Notes: a model not told the origin generated them from the sequence alone. Shown: positions 13,463 through 27,787, numbered from the stretch's first letter. The stretch: 64,000 bases of DNA from Botryllus schlosseri (GCA_051294905.1 CM119373.1:1986001-2050000); one strand, 5' to 3'. Translations and numbers: made by a program.

Positions 13463-15894
13463 GGGAGACATTCACAAACCACTTGGGGCGCCAACACCAC
13501 GCCCTATCGTCCGTAGTAAACAAACAAAACTTACAGCTATATTCGCTCGAAACCAGGTCAGCCACTGCCTGTTGGATTCGGGTAACAGAATTAATGTCTT
13601 GTATGTACGGAGTTTGAACATATTTACGACTGATGATTGAGTTCAGTGCAATTTATGAATTGTCAGGTTACTTCGTGTACCGATATTTCATTTCCAGAGA
13701 GTGACGTTTGAATATTAGCTGAGTGACATATATATTTCATTTTAATAGACTGTCATCTATCTACATTATAAAATGACACGATATTGCTGTGTACCTGGTT
13801 GCACGAGTCGGATTGGTGGTCATTTGATTCCTAAGTCACCAGGGAAGCTGATGAAATGGAGAGAAGCAATTAATAGATCAAACTCCAAAACGAAACAGCT
13901 TTGGACAGAGACATTGGGCAGAGGGCAGAGACATTGCTTGCTATGGTCATTTTCTTCCAAGTGATTATATGAGCCGAACATGAAACTTGAAAGACAGGAG
14001 GCAGTCCCATCAGTCTTTCAGCATGATAAAAGAACGCCACTAAAAACTGTCAGAAAGACAAACAATTCGAACCCATTTACACCAGAACCTACTGAAATAA
14101 TTCATTCCGGAACACATAGTGACCAGAAATTTCAAACAGACTCGGAAAATATGGGCATTCAGTGCCAACTAGGTGCTTCAATGCCAGCTTTCAGCTTAGA
14201 AAATATCAAGGATGATATTAAGCAGTGCATGGTATTTTACTGGATTTGATGACATCAAACAGTTTCTGCTTTTAAAGGACATTGCAATGTACGATGTTCA
14301 TCTATTGGAGTACACCTGTACGTTGTGTTCAAATGAAGAGCAAGTTTTTTCTGACACTAATCAAGCTCTTGATCATCAACTGCTTGGTATTGTTTCAGAA
14401 TCAACAGCTTCCCGCATTATTAATGCTTGCTTGGATCAAGCATATGTACTGTTTATCATCAAAATTACTAATTTCGCCTTCAAAACAAGTAATATTGGAT
14501 CCCATGCCAGATGATTTAAAAAACTATATCCATCAACGAGATAATTATTGACTGTACAGAAATCCCAATTGAGAAGCCATCTGATTTCCATGCACACTGC
14601 ACAGTCTGTTACATTCTCCACTTGAAAGAATGGAAATACCATGGAAGTATTAATTGGTAATGCACCCACGGGTGCTGTCTCCTTCATAAGTGACTGCTAT
14701 GGTGAATCCGTTAGTGACCGCAGCATTATTGAGCAATCTGATTTGCTGGCCGAAGCCAGAGCAACGTTTGAAAAGGGCGACAGTATCATGGCTGATAAAG
14801 GATACCTACTGCAAGGTTTGTTTGCACCATTCGATGTGAAAATCAACACCCCTACTTTGATGAAAGGCATGACTCAGCTCTCTCAGGAACAGCGGGTAGA
14901 GGATTACTCCATCTCCTCAAAACATGTACCGTACACCTTGTAAGGGTTACTGGTTATGCAAGGACATTCAAAATCATTCAAAATGTCTTGCCTTACAATC
15001 TCTTGCATTTGAAAAATGTAATAGTCTTTATCTGCTTTATGATTTTTAAATTTAGGAAAGACATACTTTGATATAGTCCTACATAATAGCATTTGATGCT
15101 TTTATTATTTTGTGTTTGCTGAAGCAGACTTGGTTAGTGATAATGATTGATTACTATTAGTGTTGCATGAATTTTCTTGCTCCCACTTCAATATTGATGC
15201 CGCCATAATAAACCGGAATATCACTGTACTGGATTTGATGACTGAACAGAAAACATATCACTACCTAGAGTCTAGACGCAAGTTTTGTTTTCATTTACTA
15301 AACGAGATACATAAAAACTGCCAATATACAGGTAGACTACGTAATCAACAGAAAGAATCATGGAATTTGGAAATACCAATAATCACCACGACGGCATGAA
15401 CGGTTTTGCTCAAAAAATCGTATTCAAAGCTACATTGCATTCAGCAGTTTTCAGTTTTTCGTCTTGCGGTAACACAATCTTGACCACCAAAAAAGGACGC
15501 CAATACATTTCGTAGAACTTTTGCAACTTCAGAATCCTAAATTTAGGAACAAATTATGGGTCAAACTCTATATCTTCCATGTGCACATTACGAAATGTAT
15601 GCATAAAACAACATATAGTTTCATACAAGCGCAAGTCATTTGGCCTTGTACTTGGGCATACCATCTGTGATTTTTTTTCAGATAATAGCCATCTGCAGCA
15701 ATCATCAAATATTGAAAATACTTTCAAGGTGTTATTAGGTCATCCTTTACCGTGTATGGCCACTTGACTTCCAACCAGCTACGCTAGGGATGTCAAAAGA
15801 CAACAAATCAAGACGACGTTTCTTTCGGTATCCAATGTAAGCAATGGATCACTAGGACGAGGTTTTGGCGCCCCTAAGTGTATGAATGTCTCCC
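13463..15894 (+). mobile_element. ISL2EU-type (Harbinger-related) DNA transposon, decayed
   Basis: AT target duplication (13461-62 and 15895-96). ~34-bp imperfect TIRs beginning GGGAGACATTCA. Empty site 'acaccaattggttgcg' at ~4685 and ~27021. Confidence 0.85.
13773..14990 (+). pseudogene. THAP-domain + HTH + DDE_Tnp_4 transposase pseudogene
   Basis: MTRYCCVPGC...W...CYGHF...AVPSVF (THAP), YFTGF, FLTLIKL, IIDCTEIPIEKP, VLIGNAPTGAVSFISDCYG..SD and IMADKGY, spread over several frames with stops. Confidence 0.85.
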
Positions 15895-16880
15895 ATTGGT
15901 TGCGGGTTCGAGTCTGACCCAGGTCCACTCCAGAATTTCCAGCCAAGCGTTACAGATTTATCTAGGGCTAGGCTCCTCTTCATTCACCAGATCGGCGGTA
16001 GTTGTTTCTTAAAAATGCCTAGAAGTGGACCGTGCTATGAGTGCTCTCAATATTGCAGGTCCTGGGTATTTTCTGCACAGCGATCAATGTATATTTTTAA
16101 AATTAAATGCCTCTTGGCTCTGCATTCAGGACAGTTTATTTTACATGCAATCGAAGTTTAAATCATTGGTAAAACAGAGTATATATTGCACGACATTAAA
16201 AGCTGGTGATTTTGTTTATTATAGCATTTGAGATTCTATATAGTTGCTTAGTGACGTATAGACCGAGTGAGTGTCTCACTTCGATTTCCCAAAAGTGTTT
16301 ATGAATACTGGCTGAGGCCGTACAAACCCTATTACTGTCGTTATTGAGTGATCACTAGTAAATTAGTAATCATAAAAACTGCATGAAGGTATGCTTTAAA
16401 GCTGCCAAACACTGTAGAACTGCCGTCTCCGTGGATTCAATCGAACAGATTTACATGCTCATATCCTAATGGCGACAGCATTTTGAAAGAGGCAGAGATT
16501 GCCATCATTCCAGTCATCAGAACTCTACGTCGAAATCGGCCCCACATATTTGTTCCTCAGAAGGCCGAGTTTCAAATATTGCCAGGGAACTAGCTCGTAG
16601 GTAATTTTACAAATCAATATTGTGTTTGATTGTACTCGATCAAATGAAATCTAAAACATTCTATTCGACTCGAGGATCAATTCTCGATTCGGAATCGTAT
16701 CTTCCTAGCCCTGGATGTCGCCCGGCCACGATTGCAATATTATTTTACTTGAAATGATGGCGAAGCAATCGTAGCAGAGTAATGTGATACTAATAGTATT
16801 TTACAGTTTATTGACAGGAATTTCAATTTCATTTTCGAAGGCTAATGAAAGTAATGTTATACGATATTTTATCATTTTAG

Positions 16881-17048
16881 TTGCAAAGGCTCCTTATCAT
16901 CGACAATTCAATGACTGAAGATGGATATGAAATACTCGTTCACATTCTGAAGCTGTCAGATTGCAAGGAATTGGTGCTCGAAAATTGTTGTCTCACCAAG
17001 ACTAAGTTGCAAGGAGTGTTGAACGGATGTCGGGATCAAAATATCCAG
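16881..17048 (+). CDS. LRR exon type A2 (56 aa, phase 0-0)
   Basis: Same splice sites as A1; LQRLLIIDNSMTEDGYEILVHILKLSDCKELVLENCCLTKTKLQGVLNGCRDQNIQ. Confidence 0.8.
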
Positions 17049-18860
17049 GTGCGTCATCATAAACAATCCGTAATATCCAAGAAGACATGTCATCTTACGA
17101 TTCGAAATTGTTCGTCATCCTACTTCGCCTCAAATCCATGTAATATACCATTCACCATTCACCATTTATTCTATCGTTTACCAATACTCGGCGTAGGTAA
17201 TTCGAATACCGCAGGGGTTTAGTATTTGTAACACAGATTACTTTGGATATGTTTAAAATTATTAACGACGTGACAGCGTAGATATCATCAATGTAGGAAT
17301 ATTCATGACATAAATCTAGCCGAAAAGGCCGAAAGGGTGATAAAAATCGTTTTAGGGTTTGTTGGTGCGGTTCCATTCACTTGTTGTCATGGATCGGCAT
17401 TTGGGAATTCTAGGAAAATGGTTGCTGGTAGAAATGCGAAAAATAATTTGCAGCTTTGGTATGGCGTCCTTGATCTACTGTGAGGTAATCTGCAGAGAAG
17501 AGCCGATGTTGCATTTATGATTTTGGACGAAAATTGGGCACACTTTCATACTTTTACGTTGCCTATAAATTAGGGTGGATAGAGCTATGTCGATTAATGA
17601 TTGTCAACTTGGGAGGTCAAGAAATAACAGCATGCAACAAAGTGACTGATAAAAATTGGCCCACAGCATGATGCACCATTATGCAAAACTTGCCCTCAGT
17701 TTTTGAAGACACCCCTTGATCAACTCTACCGGTGAATGCGATCACGGGGGCTGAAAAAGAATTAATGTTTGATAGGAATATGTGAAACTATCAACAATAA
17801 TGACGAAATTAGTGAATCTGAAAGTTTTTCGCACTTCGCGCGATCATAACCGTTCCCGTAACATGACCAATTGACCACTCGCGATTTCGGTGCCGGTGCG
17901 TGTAGTAAGCGAATATGAACTAATAGATAAGTCTGGAGCTCACCGGAAATGGAGATGAATCTCTTAACATCGGTATTTTGCATCCTGATAGTTCATCGCG
18001 ACTATGCCATGGAATGTGGCCGCAGGCTACATGATTAATCGTAATGCAGCCGTGAATAGGAGAAGGGTTTGCAACCACTGATTCACCCCTTGGAAATGAA
18101 TTCCAGCTAAGCTTTTCATTCAAGAAAGCTTGATTCTCATGCACTCAAAATTCAAATCATTCAATTTTTTTTCATCCCGGTGTTGAAGCATTTACAATTT
18201 GCCAGCGACGTCCAAACTAGTTGACAATACGCAACAGTATTTTAATAATCTGTAATATGCAGGCTATTGTGCTGCATCCGGAAAATTTCGCGAGCCTTAT
18301 CTTTCATTACGTGTCGCTATATATCTGGCCGCAAAACCATGTATTCCATGAAGCTCATTGTAAAATGACAGCATGTAACGAAGTTTATTTAAGCGCTGTT
18401 AACGAAACGACCGGCGGACGGTCATATTATCAGTATATATTATAGGATAATAGCCCACGTTAGAAATCTAACCACCAACGCCGACTGAGTAACGAAAATC
18501 CATTTAGTGTTTGATGTTTGACTGAACTGCACTCGGGGGCCAATTTTCAAATTTTTGACTACCCTGCGGAACACGACGTCAATATGGGTATTCAATGTAT
18601 GTTCAAGTATGTCGTATTTGACGAGGTGAAATTGTACTATTGGCCGGAATAGCAGATTGAGTTTCCGTAAATATAGTGAACTTATGATTTACTACTTATT
18701 TTACCAATTTACGCGTGACACCAATGAAAACCACATTCACAAATATTTGACTAAAATTGTCGTTCTACTAGGCAGGGAGTACGCATCATTTGTCGCAATT
18801 ATGAGAAATAGGCACCATGGCCGAATCTAGGTTTTAGGTGACATATTGATAAGTGTAGGC

Positions 18861-20392
18861 CCGGGGTAGGCAAACCCCGGCACGCGTGCCATTTGTGCCA
18901 CGCGAAATGATTTTTCATGGCATGCCAAATGATTTCACGGAAACGACATATTCATACCATGTTTTTGCAAAAAGTGAAACAGAAGTTTTCAAAACGTGAA
19001 ATGCTCGTAGGCGATCCAAAATTATTATTATTATTTCACATTTTACAGTGGTGCTTCTCGCCTTTTTCAGGTATGTGCACCACGACACGAATATTTGTAA
19101 TGTTCATAAGTCTTTGTCTTTGTGTTAATCTTGGGGACGACTTCTTCATTCTTTCGCACATCCAGAGGTCAGTCTCTCTCGCACCAATGCGTCCCCGTCG
19201 AGGTCTTTGCTGCCGACTTCTAGGACGGCTCACTTTCAATCTGGGCTTTTTAATGCACTGCAACTGCAGTGAGATCGGCAATGGGTAGCCCAGAGAAATC
19301 TCCGACGCATAGAGCCTGATGTGTTAATTATGCTGTGGGAACCCCCAATAAATAGATAAATATATATGTTGTATTTATAAAATGTTTTAAAAATCTATGC
19401 ATAGTGTACAAAAATGAGTCAACCGTATTAGCAGTTGTGAAAGAACATCAACCGAACATCGTTTGAAAACGTTTGGATTCTTTAGTCTAGGAGTGTTATT
19501 CACTGTGTAGCCTGCGGGAGTGCAACTACTGAACCGGCATTACGACGCTGGGCATCTTCACGCTATAGAATACACGACCTAGATCTAGAGTTTCGGACAA
19601 CATCCGACCATGCGACTAACAGGCGGTCTATGCGTTGCCAAAATGATTGGCGGCGATAAAACCTTGAAACAAAATAGCCGCTGCATGATGGCAAAAACGT
19701 TATACATTGATATGTCCACTGTCAAGGCGCCGAAGTGACCAGCGCCCGCACCCGCAGCTTGAGCCGCATGTATCAAATGAGATCTGCCAAGAATAATAAT
19801 AAGCCCCGTGTCGAAATGCGAATCGTGTTCGTCTCTCGGAAGTAGAGTCTGGTGTGCACGCGATTCCATATCTTGAGCAACGACAATCCTTACCGCTTGA
19901 CTGCGACCTTTGCCAACAAATATAGTGTCAGACCGACCTTAATGTGACACCAAATCGATTTGAAAAAGACTGTGGGGAGGGGGGAGACATTTTTCATCAT
20001 CATCAGACCATATCATCGTAGCTACACTGATTGGCCTGTCATTTATTGGATACGGTAACGAACATAGTGGACTTGGAAACGATCCAATCAACCACACAAG
20101 ATCGATCATTGCCCAATGGCGCGACTGAAAATAAATTATGTAAATATCCCGTGAGCCTACATAGAAGCGATAGGTCGGATGCGGTAGCGTCCAAAATTCA
20201 ATCCCTTCACGGCCAATCAAGAATTGCTGGCGTGACGAATGGCGTTGCCAGGCGTAGAAAAACGGTTGGTGGTGTTCCTCGCTGCTTGAAACGTTAAATA
20301 TTAATACATTAAATGTTTGGCACGCAAGCTGGTAAAAAATCGACATTTTTTGACATTTTGGCACGCTGCACATAAAAGGTTGCCGGCACCTA
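18861..20392. mobile_element. Paralogous copy of the hAT-type element at 6507-7985
   Basis: Same flanks, TSD and internal sequence. Confidence 0.75.
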
Positions 20393-22242
20393 GTATAGGC
20401 TATTGGTCATGTCATTGCCCAAGTCAAAATAGAACAGCGTTGGATTTTACTTCACTGGTGTCACAGCGGTGGAGCGTACCATTGCGGCATTCGCCATCTT
20501 TAATCGGCCATAAAGCTACGGATGAAGGGATCAAAGATGCAACTGGCTGCACATTAAGGGGGCAACAGAATGCTAGATGTTGTTATAACAACTTGCGTCG
20601 ATAGCAAAATACCATGTCACGAGCTTATCGTCTATTACGATCCCCTGTTCACGCGAATAATAATTTTTGCCTCCATGGTTATAAACATGTCACGACACTC
20701 CGAGTTACTCGGAGTCGACTCGAATCATTTTCATCTTGTCACCGAGTCATTCCGATTAATTCAGCGTAAGGTCGCCTCCAACTCCAAGTCACAGATTTCA
20801 GTCTCGAATCATATGCGGTTCATGTTTCATCATCAAGATTAGGCTATTCTATGTAGGCCTAATAGAAGATCTTCCACCGCATAGTAGCGTTTGAATGTGA
20901 TGCCATATAGCTAACTTGGATCAGTCGTTTGATGTTTTTTGGTAAATTTAAAGGGAATGATAACTTTTCTAATCTGACAAAAAGAAATTTTGCATTGAGC
21001 TGCTTCCAAGTATCGCCTCCTTGGAAATCCAAAATTTTGACTTAGCCGAGCAAAATGTTCTCGTGGATCGCGTGTTCGGGACCCAGGCTTATATCATTCG
21101 GGTTACCGCTATCAAAAATACTGCTGGTGTAAACAGAGAAAACAATGACGTTACTGGATTATTGCAAATTAATCGCCTACGAGCAAATTTGCGTGCTTTT
21201 TGTGCTATCAAGAAACATCAAGTCGATCCCAAAAACCTCCCAAAACCCAGCCTATACTAACCGAACCCAAGTCAAACTAATCTCCATGCTAATATGCTTT
21301 CATCATTTCTGGCCTTATTCACGACACATCGCAGCGTAGATATCTTGACGATTGCGTTCTGCAACAAATTATACCACTGGTCAACAAAATAAAATAAAAA
21401 TAATTCGGCAGAAAATCTAGGTGCTGTTATAGGGTTTTCAAGGTTGCCGATGACGAATACTACTTTTGTTTTGCCAGATTGACATGCCCACCAGACTTGA
21501 GTCTTTTTACCGTGTCATTTGCTGTCATCATTCTGGAGTTCGGCTCTCTCTTCGCCTGAGCTTTTCAATACGCTGTATTTACAGCGGATCGGAGTTGAGG
21601 AGCCCAGATAGACCACATATAAACATGGCAGAGCCGATACTTGAACCACCAACCATTGGTGTCGTGACTGCAGTGTTTAACCAACTGCGCCACTCGCTTC
21701 CACGTGACATGAATATATCCTTATTGTTATGACGCGGTCACATGTTAACGTAGCTTATATAGCGTTACAACTATAGGGTTCGCTCGCATGATTCTAACAA
21801 TAATGAAGACGTCATAGTTCAGTCGTAACAAATGATACATGGTGTTCTCTATTCTAACTCTAATCCTTTTAATGCTGTCTGTTGATCCATGCGTAACCTG
21901 AATAATTCCGACTTTCAGCTGCATCGTATTATTCGCACGTTTCCATACCGCTGTTTCACACCTACAGAATAGTCTGCCGTTCACTGTCGCAACAAGAACC
22001 ACAATTATACACATTGATACATTCATTGCATTTATTACTCTGAAATAAAACTATTCACAAAAACACGTACAATCGTATCAATAATCACCAGAATAATTCA
22101 GGTATTCATTGGTTGAAAATCCTTGCGCTCTTTTTGTCAAGAATGCCATAGTAGGATCTTCGCCCACATCTGATGTTTTACACTGTAACTGTTTCCCAGT
22201 CACGGAAAATTCATCCGGTTCCATGAATTCGATTATCTAAGG

Positions 22243-23566
22243 CAGTGGTTCTCAACCTTTTTTGACACGCGCCCCCCCTTGGAGATGGTCAAAAAAATCG
22301 CGCCCCCTGACCCCCCTTGCATTTATCGTCATGTCAAAAAGAGCACATCATCTAATACAGAGGTGGGCAACGTTTTTGATAATCATGACTGCATTTAGAT
22401 TGCTTATGTAGCGTAAGGCCGCATTCCAGGGCATAGCCGCAATGAACGATCTGGACGCAAAATTCCTATGGTAAACAGTCCATATCCATTCCCGGTGAAC
22501 TCCGGACTATTCTACTTTTCACAATGGCCTATTGTATGCGCCGAAATCGCGAGTGGCAATGTTATGAATAATTGCCGGGAGGCGGATATTGTCGCGCGGA
22601 GCGCGAAAATTTTTCAGGGCCGCGAACGAATTGTTATTTCTTGCCATTTCCCATTCCGGCTCAGATTAAGAAGGGTGCTACTGCAATAAAATCGAAAAAT
22701 GAAGTCGTGTTGAATTGCACGGAGGGCGAAGAAAATTTCAAAAATTGCGGAAAATGCGGGAGTGAATTCGTAATTGCAATTTTCATGTCTACGGCCGCCA
22801 ACACATCCTAATTGATCAAATGAGGCGTCGACGGCCGCTCGAATTCCCTTCTAGGACCGCAGGCTGCCCACCCCTGATCTAATAGTATACATAAGGTATA
22901 TTTTACGTCAATTTTGAATCTGCATTCCAGTTGTTGAGTCTTTTACATTGCTGACAAATTTCTCCAAACTTGTTTGAAAATAACAATAAAACGTTGAACA
23001 AGACATCCATTAATTAATTTCAAGGTAGGTCACCCTGAGACTAATCCTGATGCTGGTAGTGAGTACAGAGAGCAAGGCATCGTTCTGTCCTGCCAGGCTA
23101 AATTTGATCAGTTTTGGAAATTAATAAAATTGTGTTGATTTATAGCCTAATCGAGGGCGAAACCGTGCAACCTATGTTGCATCTAAGTCTGCCTTAGGCA
23201 GTGCAGTTCACAAGCTACTAACAACAGCTGCCCAGCGCGACAAGCTTTAGGCTACTGTCAAAGCTATGAATCAATGAATGACTTACACGTGGGAATTGCT
23301 CTCTATATCTCCAAAGAATATCAAAAATTTGCTCAAATGAAGTTGAAATCAGACTATACTCCGTTGAGCGCGGTTGCTAGAGTTTGTATTTTGCAAGCTT
23401 TCCTGAATATGGAATAATTTTCATCTCCATCAATCGTCTTCTCATAATGGATGTGAAACACATGTTCAGACATGTACAATTTATACTGACCTTGTCAATT
23501 TCTCGCGCCCCCCCCCCTATACTGACTTCGTCAATTTCTCGCGCCCCCCCAGGTTGAGAACCTCTG
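22243..23566. mobile_element. hAT (Charlie-like) MITE
   Basis: TIR CAGTGGTTCTCAACCT / AGGTTGAGAACCTCTG; perfect 8-bp TSD atctaagg; empty site at ~10088. Confidence 0.88.
22358..22876. mobile_element. hAT MITE nested in 22243-23566
   Basis: TIR CAGAGGTGGGCA / TGCCCACCCCTG; perfect 8-bp TSD atctaata. Confidence 0.85.
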
Positions 23567-24733
23567 ATCTAAGGTTTTAGTGGTCCGAAACCTAGTGAAT
23601 CATGAAAATAAGTCTGGTGCCCCCCTATTTTAAGGGTGTAGTAAAAAACCAATGTGTAAGTGGTCGAAGTCCGCCTTCCGGTTAGGAATTCACTATTAGA
23701 CCACTCGACTGATCAAGGGTATAATTATTTATGCTGTTTTCGGGATCAAATCCAGGTTGTTATAACAACCATCGGGTAAAAACTACGGGCTCATAGCATT
23801 TGGTTCGAGATCGATGGACACATCTCGAATTCTCCTCTACGATTGCCAATACGGTGAATAAAGTTGTATTCGTTTCGTTTTATTGCTTTGTGTGACCACT
23901 TAATCAACTGAGAATGTTGTAGAGACTGGCTCACGTTACATTTAGCGCTGCTATTAAATTCAACATGAATGCGGGTAACAACACTCAGCAGTATCATCCT
24001 TTATGATACGATTACGAAATATTCTGACGACATAATTTTGTAGCTCTCAAATACAAGTATATTTAGTTACTCGTTTTTGCCAGAAAGCTGCAAAACACCT
24101 TTAATGTACAAATGACATCACTCTCGAAAGTTGATCAGTAGCCTTTAGCGCCTTTGCGATTTAGGCACGCAGTGCGCATCAGGATAAAATACCTAGTCAA
24201 AAATATTTTATGTAAAACAACCCGAGCTATCAGTATAAGTATCAATTTATTAATATTTTCATCATTTCAAAACACCACAAAACTTCGATACCATGAAAGG
24301 ATAGGAAGATGTCAAAACTACTTGGAGTATAGCTAGCGTGACGGGGTTGTTATGAAGGGGAATAAGCAATCCAAAAGTACCCCAAATTCATTTTACATGA
24401 TTTAAAATAAACCACTGCATTCATGGAATCATGAGTCGGTGGATATTTCGCGATGAGCGCGACTAAAAACGTTGTGATTTAACAGATTTTGTCGAATGTT
24501 AGTTTGCAATGAGAAACCAGGAATAATCATATGTCCTTACTACACCATCTGCTGCGAGACCATTTTCTTCAGCGCCTCAACCGCGTCCAGAGCCAAGTGC
24601 CCTCTATTTCGCCCCCTGAGCGTTTCCGCCCCTTCAAAATCCAAGTAGCTCCCTGGGAGGCGCTGGAGACAAGGTTAAGAACCACTGATCTAAATCATCA
24701 CGAACTATATTGGTAAAATTACGTCTCCTCCAG

Positions 24734-24781
24734 CTTCATAAACTGCTCATCTTCGACAGTACAATGCTCCCGGACGCATAG
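24734..24781 (+). pseudogene. Truncated type-B LRR exon ending in TAG
   Basis: ctcctccag|LHKLLIFDSTMLPDA*. Confidence 0.6.
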
Positions 24782-26335
24782 AAGAGTAGCGTACGACCAG
24801 TGTTGCTGATTATAAATTCTGTAGACGGAATTGGGCTCTGAGCTGTCGTAAGAAGTCGTCAGAAACAACATATACAAATGCGCGTGGTCGTGTTCGTGTG
24901 GTTTTTGCGCTATCACGAAGCAACTAACGATCCAGATTAAACGTTTAAATTCTAATCTTTTCCAAGTCTATATCATGGTATCATGCTCAATCTTCTAGAA
25001 TGATAGATACTTTTGTACCCAGCGCTTCTTCGGAAATTGTTTCAATCATCACACCCATCTCTGATCTGAACATATAAAGTGTCATCACCATGTTTGCATC
25101 TGCTTTAACAATAATCGAATTTTTGAATTGTTCTTATGCTCTAATTTTAATTCCAATCTAATTCATGAATTGTTCTTATGCTCTAATTCTAATCTAATTT
25201 ATTGTTTTCCTGAAAATGCCTATTTGACCGCGGCATGTTGAAGCGAGTCCATCTCGCAAAGGGATATCCTGAGCCAAGCCGCAATTGCATTACTTACACC
25301 GTACAGAAATAGTAGTTGTTGTGCGACGAATAATAGCCATACTGGAACAATTGTGACGCTTATCGCCGAATCATGTTATTTGTGCCATGAAAATGAATGT
25401 TGCAATGTTCATTGATCTTTGCCTTTGGAACTCTTTTTGGACTACTTCCAGTCACGTATATATTCATCATATATCTATCTCGTTTGCATACGACCTCTTC
25501 AGTGTCTTTTGCTGACGATTTTCGAAGCTCGAGTTCAATTATTTAAACTGGGCTTTTCGTACGGCACTGCATACGCAGTGAGTTCAGCTACTAACGATTC
25601 GATATTAGGGCTATCCAGACATGTTGCTAGGTGAAAGACTATCTCATCCTAAAGATTGGCTTTGGGGACGCCCTATAGCCCTAGTTTTCCAAGCGCCTCG
25701 GTGTCGAGTGCACTGTACGTCATGGCAATATCCCTATTCATGCCAGCTGACTCATCATCGATGGAATGCTGTTGCCTTCGTTGAAGCTATTTCCGCTATA
25801 GCGAGGAATAGTGTTGTTGAGGACAGACGAATAGGTTTATTTAATACAACAACAATAATTATTTGAAACTGAAATCAATTTTCGCATTTCAAAATGCTTT
25901 ATTCGCGTTCTTCCAAATTCATAGATCAGATCGCCAGCCGCAAAATACGACTTCGCGGGCCGCCTATTGATGACCCGGGTATAGTGCAAAACGAGCGAAG
26001 CTTGATATACAGACGTTAACCAATCTCTTTGTTATGAGACTCCACTGTGGTTTGATATGAACTGAACTTTTTGCTGTATTTATTTCTCATTCAGAATTTC
26101 ATTCGATTTCCAAGTAGTTTTTCCGAATTCAGTAGCCAAATTCTAATTGTAAGTATAATCTAATTTGAAAATAACTGTGTTAATCTAATTCTAATTGTGA
26201 TCTAATTTGAAAAAAATTGTATAGCTCTAATTATAATTTTAATCTAATTCGGAAATGCTAAAAATTTTCTAGTTGTCCTAGTCTGCCGCGTAAGTGGCGT
26301 CTTATAAAAGCTTATGAGTGGGCCGTGCTGCAGGT

Positions 26336-26533
26336 ATTGTTTGTTTGTTTTGGGGTATTCATGGTGTTTGTCGACTACGATGGTCATTTACACCAGGCCG
26401 ACATTCTTTTTATTTTCCGTAACTGCCGACTTATAGCACGGCTCACCTCTAGGCTTTTGTAAGACACCGCTGACGCGGATGAGGTGGCGAGGAGGAGCCT
26501 AGGTAAACCTCCAACACTTGGGTATCGAGATTT
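26336..26533 (-). mobile_element. 5'-truncated SINE copy inserted antisense into another copy (duplicated at 44420-44617)
   Basis: 13-bp TSD ccgtgctgcaggt; (gttt)n tail at the left end; empty site at ~12967. Confidence 0.75.
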
Positions 26534-26979
26534 CCGTGCTGCAGGTCAGCAGCTACGAAATTTAAATGAAGCACATTGGCCTGGTGTAAATGACCATAGT
26601 AGTCGACAAACCCCATGAATACCTCAAATCAAACAAACAGGCGACTAGAAAGGGAGCATAGAAATACGTCAACTGATATCGTCGTTAGTGCCACTGATTT
26701 AGCGCTCCATAACTGTACTCAACAGGCAAATCATCACAATTTTGCCAATTTCATTGTTCGCGAATAAATTCGTTGCTAGAATATAAACCCTATGATCCGT
26801 GATATGATTTAATGTACTATTATGTATATATGATTGATAATAAAGTATTCAAGTGAAAATACGGACATGTGGCAAAACTTTGAAACGAGTTGACAGATGG
26901 TCGGGCCCGTGAGAAATTTGAAGATGTTAATCCTACCCGAGTAGCCATTTGAGTTTGACAACCGTTCTCTAAGCTTAAT

Positions 26980-27175
26980 TGCGATGACGAGATAGCATAA
27001 TGGTATGATCCACGGCTGCAACACCAATTGGTTGCGGGTTCGAGTCTGACCGAGGTCGCCTCCAGAATTCCCAGCCAAGTGTTAGAGGTTTATATAGGGC
27101 TAGGCTCCTCTTCATTCACCAGATCGGCGCTAGCGATTTCTTAAAAAAGGCTAGAAGTGGATTTTGCTATGAGTG
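26980..27175 (+). mobile_element. tRNA-derived SINE-like repeat (copies at ~2075, ~4645, 13420/15895, ~42000, ~45065, ~46590, ~55820)
   Basis: A-box-like TAGCATAATGG and B-box-like GGTTCGAGTC at tRNA spacing; other family members end in an (AAAC)n tail; boundaries approximate. Confidence 0.65.
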
Positions 27176-27466
27176 CTCTCAATATTGCAGGCCCTGAGTA
27201 TTTTTCTGCACAGCGATCAATGTATATTTTTAAAGTTAGATGCCTCTTGGCTCTGCATTCAGAACAAGTCGTTTTACATGCAATCTAAATTCAAATCATT
27301 GGTAAAACGGAGTATATATCGCACGACATTAAAAGCTGGCGATTTCGTCTATTATAACATTTGAGATCGACCGAGACCGAGTGTCTCATTTCGATTTCCC
27401 AGAAGTGTTTATGAATACGGGCTGGGCACCGTTTAAACCCTAATATTGTCGTTATCGAGTGATCAC

Positions 27467-27787
27467 ATATTAAAATGGCTATCTGGACCACATATTAAAA
27501 AGCTCCATCTCTAGGGTATTGAAAAAATCGGATACAGGTCCAAAATATGGCCCAGAAAAATGCCCGCCATTTTTGCCCCTACCTTGGCTAGGTAACGTGT
27601 CTAGCCGTTTTGAAAAGCTTATTAAATCGGCTGTTCACCGTTGCTATTACAGCGTTAACACGCATGTAGTGTACACGACGAAACCCTTGTTACCCAACTC
27701 TCGAAAAGATGTACTTCCTGCCTTTGATGCAAGTAATGTTGTTTACCAATACAAGTACCACTGTGATAGTAGGTATGTAGGATGTAC
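27467..27787 (+). mobile_element. Penelope-like fragment truncated by a deletion
   Basis: Near-identical to 45551-45871, cut at YVGC. Confidence 0.75.

Noticed and set aside
17560..18150. Possible retroelement coding remnant (CKTCP-like) and the many 60-120 aa ORFs repeated between units
   Set aside because: No coherent domain; frames are not conserved in older paralogues, and recurrence is explained by the duplication.
26985..27060. tRNA gene
   Set aside because: A/B boxes are present, but there is no convincing cloverleaf or terminator and it continues into a repeat body; better read as a SINE head.
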